64,000 bases of DNA from contig JACOYO010000004.1 of the NCBI GenBank assembly GCA_016181845.1, positions 15,827 to 79,826 of the forward strand, in the 5' to 3' direction. The stretch comes from Parcubacteria group bacterium (GTDB lineage Bacteria > Patescibacteriota > Minisyncoccia > Phycocordibacterales > 21-14-all-47-15). A model generated the notes under the pieces. The model searched no databases. It was not told the origin of the DNA and saw only the letters and a list, made by a program, of their open reading frames with translations. The stretch's first letter is position 1. Every line of letters begins with the position of its first letter. Positions 1 through 9,606 of the stretch are shown piece after piece. Made by a program: the position numbers and the translations under genes.

Positions 1-406
1 GCATGTGGTTAGTGGCATCACCTATCGCACAGGACTTTCCAAAAAAATTGTATATAACCAGGGGAAACAGATACTGAAGCCGGAAACATCGGAAACGATT
101 ACCCGAATGCTTGTGCGCGTTGTTGATGAAGCGCTTTTGGGTGGAACAGTAAAGTTGCCGCAGTATAGCATTGCGGCAAAGACCGGTACCGCGCAGATTG
201 CCAAAGAAAACGGACGTGGGTACTATGAAGACCGTAATCTCCATTCCTTTTTTGGGTATGTTCCGGCGTACGACCCGCAATTTCTGATATTTTTATATAC
301 TGTAAATCCGAAAGACGTCAAATACGCGTCGCAGACGCTTACCATGCCGTTTATGAATATAACAAAGTTTTTGCTCAACTATTATGAAGTGCCGCCTGAT
401 AGATGA
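1..406 (+). CDS. ftsI: Penicillin-binding protein (FtsI/PBP2-3 class) transpeptidase C-terminus, 5'-partial
   Basis: KTGTAQ motif; directly upstream of murF. Confidence 0.8.
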   Translation, partial: HVVSGITYRTGLSKKIVYNQGKQILKPETSETITRMLVRVVDEALLGGTVKLPQYSIAAKTGTAQIAKENGRGYYEDRNLHSFFGYVPAYDPQFLIFLYTVNPKDVKYASQTLTMPFMNITKFLLNYYEVPPDR

Positions 407-455
407 TTATGAATTCGGCTTTCGCATAGCCGAATTTCTGAGGCCGGACGTCTAA

Positions 456-1802
456 ATGACACAAAAAAACATGATACGACACATATTTAAAAAAATAATT
501 ATTTTTATACTCACGCTTGAAGCGCGGCTGGTGTTGCGCAAATACCACCCGACGATTGTCGCCATCACCGGCAGTGTGGGCAAGACATCAACCAAAGATG
601 CTATTTACGCGATTCTTTCAAAACAATTTTACGCGCGGAAAAGCGAAAAAAGTTTCAACAGCGATATCGGTATTCCGCTTACCATCTTGGGATGCTCAAA
701 TGGATGGTACGATGTGCGTATCTGGCTTTCCAATATATGGGAGGGATTACGTCTCATTATTACTAAAAATCATTATCCAAAATGGCTCATTCTTGAAGTG
801 GGAGCCGACAGGCCAGGGGATATTCAAAAAGTGGCAGAGTGGCTCTCGCCTGATATTGTGGTAGTAACCCGTTTTGCCGACGTGCCGGTACACGTGGAGT
901 TTTTCGCTTCTCCAGAAGCGCTGGTGCGCGAAAAAACATATCTGGTGGAAGCTCTGAAGCCGGGCGGTCTTTTGGTGTTGAATCACGACGACAAGCAATC
1001 GGCGGCGCTTAAAGAAAAAACACAAGCGCGAGTGATTACCTATGGATTTGGTGAGGGGGCGCGCATTCGCGCGTCTCATCAGGAAATTTTTTATGACACC
1101 GGGAATGGCGCTGGTTCCGGTAAAATCGCTTTTAACGTGCCCGAAGGAACCATATTTAAAGTAAGTTACGTCGGCAGTACCGTACCCGTGCGGTTAAATA
1201 GCGCGTTTGGCATACAGCATATCTATGCCGCGCTTGCCGGTTTTGCGGTTGGCGTATTGCATGGCGTTAATATGGTGGCGATTACAGAAGCGCTTGGGGA
1301 GTATGTTCCTCCGCCAGGCCGCATGCGGATGGTTGACGGACAAAAAGAGAGTATCATTTTAGATGATTCATACAACGCTTCTCCGGTTGCAACCGAGGCG
1401 GCACTTGAAACTCTTTCTGCTATCCGCACAAATGAACACGCAAGAAAAATTGCCGTGCTTGGTGATATGCTTGAACTGGGAAAATATTCCGGCAAGGAGC
1501 ATGCACGCATCGGAGAACAGGCGGCAAAGACAGCCGATATTCTCGTCGTCGTCGGCGTGCGCGCGAAGATGATTGCAGAAAGCGCGCTTTCCATGGGCAT
1601 GTCTTCGTATAATGTGCATACGTTTGAAACATCGCGCGAAGCGGGGGAATTTCTCAAAACTTTTATCGCGAAAGGCGATATTATTCTAGTGAAGGGCTCG
1701 CAGTCAATGCGCATGGAGCATGTCGTTCTTGCGCTCATGGCGCATCCCGAAGAAGCCCCGCTCCTTTTAGTCAGGCAAGAAGCAATTTGGAAAGAAAAAT
1801 AG
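456..1802 (+). CDS. murF: UDP-MurNAc-tripeptide:D-Ala-D-Ala ligase
   Basis: ITGSVGKTSTK, DDSYNASP, VLGDMLELG, LVKGS motifs. Confidence 0.92.
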   Translation: MTQKNMIRHIFKKIIIFILTLEARLVLRKYHPTIVAITGSVGKTSTKDAIYAILSKQFYARKSEKSFNSDIGIPLTILGCSNGWYDVRIWLSNIWEGLRLIITKNHYPKWLILEVGADRPGDIQKVAEWLSPDIVVVTRFADVPVHVEFFASPEALVREKTYLVEALKPGGLLVLNHDDKQSAALKEKTQARVITYGFGEGARIRASHQEIFYDTGNGAGSGKIAFNVPEGTIFKVSYVGSTVPVRLNSAFGIQHIYAALAGFAVGVLHGVNMVAITEALGEYVPPPGRMRMVDGQKESIILDDSYNASPVATEAALETLSAIRTNEHARKIAVLGDMLELGKYSGKEHARIGEQAAKTADILVVVGVRAKMIAESALSMGMSSYNVHTFETSREAGEFLKTFIAKGDIILVKGSQSMRMEHVVLALMAHPEEAPLLLVRQEAIWKEK

Positions 1803-1803
1803 T

Positions 1804-1886
1804 TTACTTGGACACCCGACGTCCAAGTAAGACATCCGATTAAATAGTTACTTGGACGTCGGGTGTCCAAGTAACGACGTCCAAGT
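1804..1886. repeat. Family A palindromes: two 27-bp copies in inverted orientation plus a half copy
   Basis: ttacttggacacccgacgtccaagtaa (1804-1830), ttacttggacgtcgggtgtccaagtaa (1848-1874), gacgtccaagt (1876-1886). Confidence 0.9.
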
Positions 1887-1959
1887 TTGAATAATTTACG
1901 CAAAATTTCCGTCGCTCGGTCATCACGAAAATAAATTTTCGCGTGACCTTGCTAGGAAA

Positions 1960-2007
1960 TATAAAAAACAGAAACCTTGCGATATATCGCAAGGTTTCTG
2001 TTTTTAT
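1960..2007. terminator. Long hairpin, probable bidirectional terminator between convergent murF and rnr
   Basis: aaaaacagaaaccttgcgat-at-atcgcaaggtttctgttttt. Confidence 0.7.
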
Positions 2008-2064
2008 TTTCTATAACTATTCCAGTATATTGGAACAGTGAAAGACGTCCAACCTCTGTGTGCG

Positions 2065-2143
2065 AGACGCCCGACTTCTGAAGTGGTAAAACATCGGCAT
2101 TTGCCACAAATAAAGTAATTACCACAGCAGAAGTCGGACGTCT
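2065..2143. repeat. Family D 79-bp MITE-like element, copy 1
   Basis: Terminal inverted repeats agacgcccgacttctg / cagaagtcggacgtct; near-identical copy at 48140-48218. Confidence 0.88.
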
Positions 2144-2187
2144 AAATCTAAACTGCCAATGCCGATGTTTTATTATTTTATAACCAC

Positions 2188-2213
2188 CACTATGCCAGTA
2201 TACTGGCATAGTG
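2188..2213. repeat. Family E 26-bp palindrome, copy 1
   Basis: cactatgccagtatactggcatagtg; second copy 4933-4958, degenerate copy 2016-2039. Confidence 0.85.
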
Positions 2214-2240
2214 CCATGGCCAACATCATTAGTATTTAAT

Positions 2241-4163
2241 TTACACAATCACGAAATCAATCGTTTTTCTTTTTATATCTGCGCCGATGACTTTGATACG
2301 AATTGGGTCGCCCAGCCGGTAGGTCTTTTTGGTCCGCTGTCCGCGGAGCACGTGATGTTTTTCATCAAGCACGTAATAATCATTTTTGAGAGAGCTTAAT
2401 TTTATCATGCCTTCCGATTTCGTCGCGGTTGTCTCGGCGTAAATGCCCCACTCGGTAACTCCGGTGATGGTGGCGTCAAAAGTATCGCCTACACGCTCGC
2501 TCATGTATTCGGTTTGTTTGTATTTAATAGACGCGCGTTCGGCATCGGTCGCCGTCTGCTCCATACGTGAAGCGTAATCGGCGACACTTCTAAAATTGGC
2601 GAGCTCTTTTTCTGACACGCGCTCGCCTCCAAGATATTTTGAAAGGAGGCGATGGACGAGAGTGTCGGGGTAGCGGCGGATAGGAGAGGTGAAATGCGTA
2701 TAGTGCTCAAACGCCAAACCATAGTGGCCGATGTTGTCGGTGGAATATATCGCTTTCGCCATAGAACGGAGTGTCGCCATGTTGATAAGCGCTTCTTCGG
2801 CGGTGCCTTGCGCTTGCGCAAGCAGGGCGTTGATGTCTTTTGATTTCACTTTTCCGTTTTCGTGTTTCAACGTATAGCCAAGCGTTTTTAGAAAAAGGCC
2901 AAGCTCTTGTATTTTTTCTTCGTTTGGCAAATCGTGAATGCGATAGAGGAACGCTTTTGCCGCGTGTTCGTCTTTTTTCCCGATAAATTCCGCGACGCGC
3001 TTGTTGGCAAGAAGCATCCACTCCTCAATGAGCTTGTTGGTTTCAAGACGCGGCTTCGTATGAATGGCGATTGGTTTGCCTTCTTGGTCAAGTTCAAACC
3101 GTACTTCTGTTGAATCAAAATCTATCGCGCCTTTTTCAAAACGCTTTTTTCGCAAGTGCCGCGCTATATCGCGCACCATTTCAAGCGCGGAAGAAAGAGC
3201 GCTTCCGTCTGGCGCGTCCAAAAGTGCTTGCGCATCTTCGTAGGTAAAACGCTTGGCGGAATGAATAACCGTCTTTCCAAACCATTCTTTTTTAATCGTC
3301 GCGTCTTTAGTGATGGTAAAAATAGCAGAGAAGGCGAGGCGGTCTTCATTTGGGCGCAGACTGCAGAGGTCGTTTGAAAGACGCTCGGGGAGCATGGGGA
3401 TGGTGCGGTCTACCAGATATATGGAAGTGGCGCGTTTGAGCGCTTCTGTATCAAGCGCGGTATTTTCGCGCACGAAGTGCGACACGTCGGCAATGTGGAC
3501 ACCCACTTCAAATTCATGCTCGGAAATTTTTTTGAAAGAAAGCGCGTCATCAAAATCTTTTGCGTCTTTCGGGTCAATGGTGAAAGTGAGCGTGCTCCGC
3601 ATGTCGCGCCGCGTGTCTATTTCTTCTTTTGATATGGCGCTCGGCAGGAGATCGGCTTCTTTTTCCACCGCGACAGGGAAGCTCGTATCAAATCCGCGCT
3701 CAAGCACGATAGCTTCCATTTCCGTTTCGTTGAGCCCCGCTTTGCCGATGCGCTTGATGAGCTCGCCAACTGGATTTTCTTTCGGGTCATCCCATCTGGC
3801 GATTTTTACATATACTTTGTCGCCCGACGATATGCCTTTTATTTCATTTGGAGGAAGAATAATATCCGCGTACATTCTCGGATTGTCGGTAATGACAAAA
3901 AAAACGCCGCTTTCTTCCTTGAGTGTGCCGACAAACCGCATACGTTCGCGGTGAAGAATTTCCACAACTTCTCCGGAAGGACGTTTCCCGTCAATGTGCG
4001 GAAATAGCCGTACCTTCACGCGGTCGCCGTGCAAGCCGGTGTTCAAATATGCCGGACCGATTTCAATATCTTGTTTCAATCCTTCCGCCGAAACAAAACC
4101 GATACCCTTGCTCGTCATAAAAAGAGAGCCCTCTATTTCATTTTGTTTATTTTCCTTTTTCAT
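2241..4163 (-). CDS. rnr: Ribonuclease R
   Basis: TIDPKDAKDFDDA, HFTSPIRRYPD, C-terminal S1; start moved to MKKENK. Confidence 0.93.
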   Translation of the reverse strand: MKKENKQNEIEGSLFMTSKGIGFVSAEGLKQDIEIGPAYLNTGLHGDRVKVRLFPHIDGKRPSGEVVEILHRERMRFVGTLKEESGVFFVITDNPRMYADIILPPNEIKGISSGDKVYVKIARWDDPKENPVGELIKRIGKAGLNETEMEAIVLERGFDTSFPVAVEKEADLLPSAISKEEIDTRRDMRSTLTFTIDPKDAKDFDDALSFKKISEHEFEVGVHIADVSHFVRENTALDTEALKRATSIYLVDRTIPMLPERLSNDLCSLRPNEDRLAFSAIFTITKDATIKKEWFGKTVIHSAKRFTYEDAQALLDAPDGSALSSALEMVRDIARHLRKKRFEKGAIDFDSTEVRFELDQEGKPIAIHTKPRLETNKLIEEWMLLANKRVAEFIGKKDEHAAKAFLYRIHDLPNEEKIQELGLFLKTLGYTLKHENGKVKSKDINALLAQAQGTAEEALINMATLRSMAKAIYSTDNIGHYGLAFEHYTHFTSPIRRYPDTLVHRLLSKYLGGERVSEKELANFRSVADYASRMEQTATDAERASIKYKQTEYMSERVGDTFDATITGVTEWGIYAETTATKSEGMIKLSSLKNDYYVLDEKHHVLRGQRTKKTYRLGDPIRIKVIGADIKRKTIDFVIV

Positions 4164-4210
4164 GTCAGATGTCAACATGAGCGTAACACACAACCACAGA
4201 AAAGTGAATT

Positions 4211-4238
4211 TTCCTTGGGAACTTAGTTCCCAAGGGAA
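4211..4238. repeat. Odd-length palindrome (ccttgggaact-t-agttcccaagg), REP-like
   Basis: Perfect stem with 1-nt centre in an intergenic region; single copy in window. Confidence 0.6.
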
Positions 4239-4295
4239 TCTTTATAGGCGATAGTGATGTTGTGGTAGCCATTAGATTGTATTACACTGGTTGGT

Positions 4296-4916
4296 ATGAG
4301 CGTGGCAAAAAACAAAGCAAAAAACAAAAATAACAAAGAACGCATCGTTGATTTTCTTTTTGAAGTCGGGATTCTTTCCAAAACGCCGCGGAGCGGCTTT
4401 TATTTTTTGGGTAGCGGAGACCAAAGCGTCGCCGAGCACTTAAATCGCGTGATGTTCATCGGCTACGCGCTTGCCATGCAGGAGAAAAATGTTGACACGA
4501 CAAGGATATTAAAAATGTGCCTTTTCCACGATTTGCCAGAAGGGCGCACTTCCGATTTGAATTATGTGCATCAAAAATATGCCAATGTGAACGAGCGGAA
4601 AGTGGTTGAAGACATGACTGAAACTCTGCCGTTTGGCGACGACATAAAAGCGGTGTGGGAAGAATATGTGGAACGAAAAACACGAGAGTCAATTATCGCA
4701 AAAGATGCTGATATTCTTGAGTGGATATTGTCGTTGAAAGAACAGGTTGATACGGGCAATGTTCGCGCGCGTGAATGGATTACGGTCGCCGCGAAGCGGC
4801 TGAAAACTGATAATGCTAAGAAGCTTGTGCCATCAATTCTCAAAACCGAATCTGACCACTGGTGGTTTAGCGATAAAAAAGATACGTGGTGGGTCAATCG
4901 CAACAAGGAAAAGTAA
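4296..4916 (+). CDS. HD-domain phosphohydrolase (YfbR/HDDC2-like)
   Basis: SVAEH, LFHDLPEGRTSD, KDAD motifs. Confidence 0.85.
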   Translation: MSVAKNKAKNKNNKERIVDFLFEVGILSKTPRSGFYFLGSGDQSVAEHLNRVMFIGYALAMQEKNVDTTRILKMCLFHDLPEGRTSDLNYVHQKYANVNERKVVEDMTETLPFGDDIKAVWEEYVERKTRESIIAKDADILEWILSLKEQVDTGNVRAREWITVAAKRLKTDNAKKLVPSILKTESDHWWFSDKKDTWWVNRNKEK

Positions 4917-4924
4917 ACAAAAAA

Positions 4925-4968
4925 ATCCCCACCACTATGCCAGTATACTGGCATAATGGCGGGGAGAT
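4925..4968. repeat. Family E palindrome copy 2 within a terminator-like hairpin after the HD gene
   Basis: ccccaccactatgccagtatactggcataatggcgggg. Confidence 0.8.
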
Positions 4969-5043
4969 TGAGCTAGTTTACTCGCGGTATTCGCGGCAGA
5001 GTTTTTAATTGACCGATTTTCTCGTATCTGCTATATTTCTCGT

Positions 5044-5499
5044 ATGTTAAAAATCAGACTACAACGCGTTGGACGCAAGCATGACCCGTCATTTCGGGTT
5101 GTTTTGACCGACTCGCGGAGCGGACCAAAAAGCTTGAAACACATTGAGATGCTTGGTTCGTATGACGCGCGCGGCGGGAGAGTCCCATCATTGAAAGGCG
5201 AGCGCATTACACACTGGATTGCGAAAGGAGCACAGGTTTCCGATACAGTGCACAATCTTTTGATAAAAAATAAAGTAATCCGCGGCAAAAAAATTGCAGT
5301 AGCTTCTAAAAAAAATGCAGGCAAAAAACAACAAGAAGAGGCGAATGCGGCGGTGCCGGCCCAAGATGTGAATGGCGGGACGACACAGACATCTCCGACC
5401 GAAACCGCGGCCGAAGAAAAAACATCCGACGCCGCAGTCTCTGGCGCGTCGTCAGACGAAGTTATGCCTGAAGCAATGTCAGCTGAAGTGAAAGAATAA
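5044..5499 (+). CDS. rpsP: 30S ribosomal protein S16 with acidic C-terminal extension
   Basis: MLKIRLQRVGRKHDPSFRVV...GAQVSDTV. Confidence 0.95.
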   Translation: MLKIRLQRVGRKHDPSFRVVLTDSRSGPKSLKHIEMLGSYDARGGRVPSLKGERITHWIAKGAQVSDTVHNLLIKNKVIRGKKIAVASKKNAGKKQQEEANAAVPAQDVNGGTTQTSPTETAAEEKTSDAAVSGASSDEVMPEAMSAEVKE

Positions 5500-5615
5500 G
5501 CGCACTGCATGCATTGACATAGCGCCATAGAAGGCGTATATTAGTCAGTAAAGCAATTTTGGTTTTGATGAATTGCTGTTTTACAAGAATATTACTAGCA
5601 TAGTTGAATGTATTT

Positions 5616-5924
5616 ATGCAAAAAGATCAGGAATTTCTTGAGTTCGTTATCAAATCACTCGTCGACCATCCGGAAACAGTGAAAGTGAATCGGAATGTTG
5701 ATGAAATGGGAGTGCTCTTAACGCTTGATATTCATCCGGAAGACATGGGGAAAATTATCGGACGCAAAGGCGCAACCGCGAAATCAATCCGAACCCTGCT
5801 TCGCGTCGTAGGAATGAAAAACAGCGCGCGGGTAAATTTGAAAATCAACGAACCGGAAGGTGGCAAGGGGCCGCGAATGGCGGATATGTCAGTTGAACAA
5901 GCAATGGAAGATTTGAAAATGTAA
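5616..5924 (+). CDS. khpA: KH-domain RNA-binding protein (KhpA/YlqC)
   Basis: DMGKIIGRKGATAKSIRTLL; follows rpsP. Confidence 0.9.
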   Translation: MQKDQEFLEFVIKSLVDHPETVKVNRNVDEMGVLLTLDIHPEDMGKIIGRKGATAKSIRTLLRVVGMKNSARVNLKINEPEGGKGPRMADMSVEQAMEDLKM

Positions 5925-5937
5925 TTGTATCTATTAA

Positions 5938-5970
5938 AAACAAAATCCCGCTATTGGCGGGATTTTGTTT
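5938..5970 (+). terminator. Rho-independent terminator
   Basis: aaacaaaatcccgc-tattg-gcgggattttgttt. Confidence 0.8.
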
Positions 5971-6027
5971 ACACAATGATTTCATCAAGTCCTGCAATTT
6001 ACAACCATAACCTAAAAAGCTAACATC

Positions 6028-6732
6028 ATGATTACTTACCATATCATCACCCTATTTCCGGAAATTGTACGCGCGTATACCGACGTGTCTATCATCGGGC
6101 GGGCGCAGGAAAGGAAAAAAATAAAAGTGCGGGTATACAACACGCGAGATTTTACGCGCGACAAGCATAAAAGAATTGACGGACGACCGTACGGAGGCGG
6201 TCCAGGTATGGTGATGCAGGCGGAGCCCATTTTGAAAGCTGTCAAAAAAGCGATTGGCGGAAAAAAGAATAAAAAAGTAAAAATTGTTTTGCTCTCGCCA
6301 AACGGAAAGCAATTTACCAACAAGACGGCTCTTGATTTTTCAAAAAAATATACAGATATTGTTTTCATCGCCGGACGATACGAGGGGATTGACGCGCGCG
6401 TGAAAAAAATCCTGTCCGCCCAAGGCGGATCCGCCTTGGGCGGAAAAGCTTCCATAGAAGAATGGTCAGTCGGTCCATATATTGTTACCGGCGGGGAATT
6501 GCCATCACTCATCATGCTTGATGCGATCACTCGTCAGATTTCTGGCGTTTTGGGCAAAGATGAATCTGTTGAAGAAAAACGCATTGCCGGAAAAGAAGTC
6601 TATACGCGCCCGGAATCGCTTGTGTTTGCCGGCAAAAAATATATCGTTCCAAAAGTCCTCCGCTCCGGCCACCATGAAAAAATAGAAAAATATCGCCGAA
6701 AAAATAAAAAGTTATCCACACTTATACAATGA
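6028..6732 (+). CDS. trmD: tRNA (guanine37-N1)-methyltransferase, with a 10-aa palindrome-encoded insertion
   Basis: PYGGGPGMV, GRYEGID, TGGELP, YTRP motifs. Confidence 0.95.
   Translation: MITYHIITLFPEIVRAYTDVSIIGRAQERKKIKVRVYNTRDFTRDKHKRIDGRPYGGGPGMVMQAEPILKAVKKAIGGKKNKKVKIVLLSPNGKQFTNKTALDFSKKYTDIVFIAGRYEGIDARVKKILSAQGGSALGGKASIEEWSVGPYIVTGGELPSLIMLDAITRQISGVLGKDESVEEKRIAGKEVYTRPESLVFAGKKYIVPKVLRSGHHEKIEKYRRKNKKLSTLIQ
6415..6444. repeat. Family B 30-bp perfect palindrome inserted in-frame in trmD (SAQGGSALGG)
   Basis: tccgcccaaggcggatccgccttgggcgga; near-identical copy in ychF 26568-26597. Confidence 0.9.
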
Positions 6733-6781
6733 ACAGGTAATAATGCTACATACTAGGCGCTAAATACGCTATAATAAAAGC

Positions 6782-7768
6782 ATGTCAACCATACGAGTTG
6801 GTGTCGTGCGCGGAGGGCCGTCTAGTGAATATGATGTGTCGCTCAAAACCGGCGCGTCAGTATTACAAAATCTTCCAGAGCGTTATGCGCCGGTGGATAT
6901 TCTCATTTCTAAAAATGGAGAATGGCACGCGGGTGGTCTGCCCACACGACCTGAAAAAATTCTCCCGCATGTTGATGTCGTGTTCAACGCGCTTCACGGC
7001 GCGTACGGAGAAGACGGCATATTCCAGCAAATGCTTGAAGCGCATGGAGTGCCGTATACCGGTTCTGATTCGCTTGCTTCGGCAATAGGTATGAACAAAG
7101 TACTTGCGCGGAAGCGTTTTGCCGCTATGGGAATGAAAGTTCCGTACGGAATGGAATTGCAAGCCGAGGCGCGTGAGGAAGAAGAACCTGTCCATATGGA
7201 CGAGCGTTTTGTATTTGATTTGTTCCGAAGATTCCCACAGCCGTCGGTGGTGAAGCCGATTTCTGCTGGCTCCTCTGTCGGTGTTCGCGTTGCACACACG
7301 CTCGGAGAACTTTCAGAAGCGCTGGAGTACGCTTTTTCATTCGGCGATACGGTGCTGATTGAAGAATATATCCGTGGCAGGGAAGCGACTTGCGGAGTTG
7401 TGGACGATTTCCGCGGACACGATACCCACGCGCTATTGCCTATTGAAATTATCAAACCGCAACACTCGCGCTTTTTTGATTATCAAGCGAAATACGGAGG
7501 AGAATCGCAAGAGATTTGCCCGTCGCCCAATTTTTCTCAAGAACAAAAACAAATGATAGAAAAACTTGCCGTCCAAGCGCATCGCGCCATCGGAGCGCGG
7601 CATTATTCGCGTTCAGATTTTATCATATCTCCTCGCGGCGTTTATATTTTGGAAATCAACACGCTTCCAGGGCTCACGAGCGAATCGCTCTTGCCGAAAT
7701 CGCTTGCCGCTGGCGGCACCCAATTTGAACAATTTTTAGATCACATTCTTACGCTCGCTATGCGCTAA
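6782..7768 (+). CDS. ddl: D-alanine--D-alanine ligase
   Basis: GGPSSEYDVSL, LHGAYGEDG, GSSVGV, EINTLPG. Confidence 0.95.
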   Translation: MSTIRVGVVRGGPSSEYDVSLKTGASVLQNLPERYAPVDILISKNGEWHAGGLPTRPEKILPHVDVVFNALHGAYGEDGIFQQMLEAHGVPYTGSDSLASAIGMNKVLARKRFAAMGMKVPYGMELQAEAREEEEPVHMDERFVFDLFRRFPQPSVVKPISAGSSVGVRVAHTLGELSEALEYAFSFGDTVLIEEYIRGREATCGVVDDFRGHDTHALLPIEIIKPQHSRFFDYQAKYGGESQEICPSPNFSQEQKQMIEKLAVQAHRAIGARHYSRSDFIISPRGVYILEINTLPGLTSESLLPKSLAAGGTQFEQFLDHILTLAMR

Positions 7769-7823
7769 AAAAATGGTTACAAAAATGGCGGCGTGATTTC
7801 TCACACCGCCTCAAGCAATTATA

Positions 7824-8428
7824 TTACAACACAACAACATTTGTTTCTTGACCGATTTTCAGTTGTTTATGGCGCGTACAGCCGAAGAGAATATACAACA
7901 TAATCAATTCTATGATGAAAAACACGATTGGTTGAGCCGCCGCGTCAAATGTCCATCGCGGAATCGCCGCGACCGCGCATGCACACGAAACAAAAAAATA
8001 ATCCAGGCGGTTTTGTTTTCACGGCTCGGGTCTTCCAATGCTGACGCAAAAGTGGGGATTGAACCGATGAATATGGCCGCGAGACTTGTCGCGATGCCGA
8101 TGGTCGGATTGTTAAAAGTACTCCACAGAACGACACCGATAACCGCGCCGCCGATAGAGCAGAGGTCAATGTTTGTCCACCCAGATTTTCCACACTTTAA
8201 CGAAAGAGCGCTCACCAACCACGCGCATACGGAAGCGACCAATATCAGACCGTTTACCGCATCTTTTATATACATGCCTACAAGAGCGATGCTATCAAGA
8301 CATGCCCATATGAGCCATGTCGCTTTGGCGGGGATTGTGTTGCCTCGCATAATGTCGGTGATATAAAAAACATATCCGATGGCGCAGAATATGCCCGCCA
8401 ACGCGGAAAAAATTTCTTGTATGGACAA
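7824..8428 (-). pseudogene. Multi-pass membrane protein frameshifted at a T7 tract (plus-strand A7 at 7992-7998)
   Basis: Hydrophobic ORF turns basic/non-hydrophobic after AWIIF; adding one T restores a hydrophobic C-terminus (FVSCACAVAAIPRWTFDAAAQPIVFFIIELIMLYILFG...) ending at 7824. Confidence 0.65.
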
Positions 8429-8500
8429 TTGGTTTCCCCCCTCTCAATTTTCAAAGTTCAAAAAAGTTATTCATACCGTAGCAGAAAAATCTCTTTTTTG

Positions 8501-9196
8501 CTATGTTTTGCTTTCAACATTCAAGATAGCGCGCGAAAGATACATAAACGGAATATCAACTATGCCGACAAGCCATTTTATTGCGGAAAGACCGATGATA
8601 AGCGGAATGACAGGCATCACTCCGTAAAAAGCAAGTGTGATAAAAAGCACGCTGTCCAAAAGCATTGCTGGAATGGAACTAAACACATTGCGTATCCACA
8701 AGTGCTTACCTTCGGTAAGTGTACGGAACCAGTGAAAAAGATACGCATCAACATTTTCGCTAATAAAAAACGATATCAAACTGGCAATGACTATGCGCGG
8801 CACGTTGCTTAACAGCGCTTCAAACGCGAATTGATTTTGGAAGAACGGCGCGCCACGCGCTTTCAGTACCAAATATGAAAAACAAATAAGCGCGATTTGA
8901 GCAAAAAGGGCAATCAAAATCATTCGCTCCGTTTCTTTTTTCCCGAATCGCTCGTTCACAATATCGGTCAAAAGAAATGTGACGGAAAAAATGAGGACGG
9001 TTGCCGGCGCGAAGAACTGAATAAATCCAAAATCAAAAGAAATAGTTTTTGATACGGCAATGTTTGAAAAAACAACCAGCGTAACATACAAGGCGATAAG
9101 CGCATCGGGGCGATTGTATTGCCGCGCATACCACGCGCCCAAAACGCCAAAAAGTGAAACTATGATTATCCAAAAAATCGCAAGTGATACGGTCAT
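8501..9196 (-). CDS. Queuosine precursor transporter (YhhQ/VUT family)
   Basis: FLLTDIVNERFG, PRIVIASLISFFISENVD, LWIRNVFS, DSVLFITLAFYG. Confidence 0.85.
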   Translation of the reverse strand: MTVSLAIFWIIIVSLFGVLGAWYARQYNRPDALIALYVTLVVFSNIAVSKTISFDFGFIQFFAPATVLIFSVTFLLTDIVNERFGKKETERMILIALFAQIALICFSYLVLKARGAPFFQNQFAFEALLSNVPRIVIASLISFFISENVDAYLFHWFRTLTEGKHLWIRNVFSSIPAMLLDSVLFITLAFYGVMPVIPLIIGLSAIKWLVGIVDIPFMYLSRAILNVESKT

Positions 9197-9242
9197 ATAT
9201 TTATGGCGAAGCACCGAGGCAACTTCTTCGGCAAATCTGAAA

Positions 9243-9316
9243 TGGTGGACCTACGGGGAGTTGAACCCCGGACTCGGCAATGCGAATGCCGCGTAATACC
9301 ACTTTACTATAGGCCC
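9243..9316 (-). tRNA. tRNA-Ala(CGC)
   Basis: Cloverleaf, G3:U70 pair, anticodon loop TTCGCAT, encoded CCA. Confidence 0.9.
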
Positions 9317-9415
9317 TTTGTTTTAAAAATTTTTAAATTTTTTCTCCTCCAATCTCTACAAATTTCTTTTTAAAATTTCCGCAAATACCAATGAAACATC
9401 AGGTCAAGTTTCGTG

Positions 9416-9486
9416 TCGGGGCGCCGGGAATCGAACCCGGTCTCTACGCACCCGAAGCGTATGTACTACCGGTATACTACGCCCCG
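9416..9486 (-). tRNA. tRNA-Pro(CGG)
   Basis: CGGGGCGTAG start, anticodon loop TTCGGGT, GGTTCGATTCC T-arm. Confidence 0.92.
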
Positions 9487-9512
9487 ACACGAAACTCGAC
9501 CCTGAAACCCTA

Positions 9513-9584
9513 TGGGCGCTGCAAGGATTGAACTTGCGGCCTTTCGCGTGTGAAGCGAACGTTCTACCACTGAACTAAGCGCCC
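9513..9584 (-). tRNA. tRNA-Val(CAC)
   Basis: GGGCGCTTAGTTCAGTGG start, anticodon loop TTCACAC. Confidence 0.92.
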
Positions 9585-9606
9585 CGCGCATCTATCCAAG
9601 AGCGGG

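Noticed and set aside
1804-1886. CRISPR array from the repeated 27-bp palindromes
   Set aside because: Copies are inverted or dispersed, there are no regular unique spacers, and no cas genes are present.
1952-2248. ORFs 1952-2248, 4571-4954 and 48126-48470 sharing peptides (MPVYWHSGG, LFVANAD)
   Set aside because: The shared peptides are translations of repeat families D and E, not genes.
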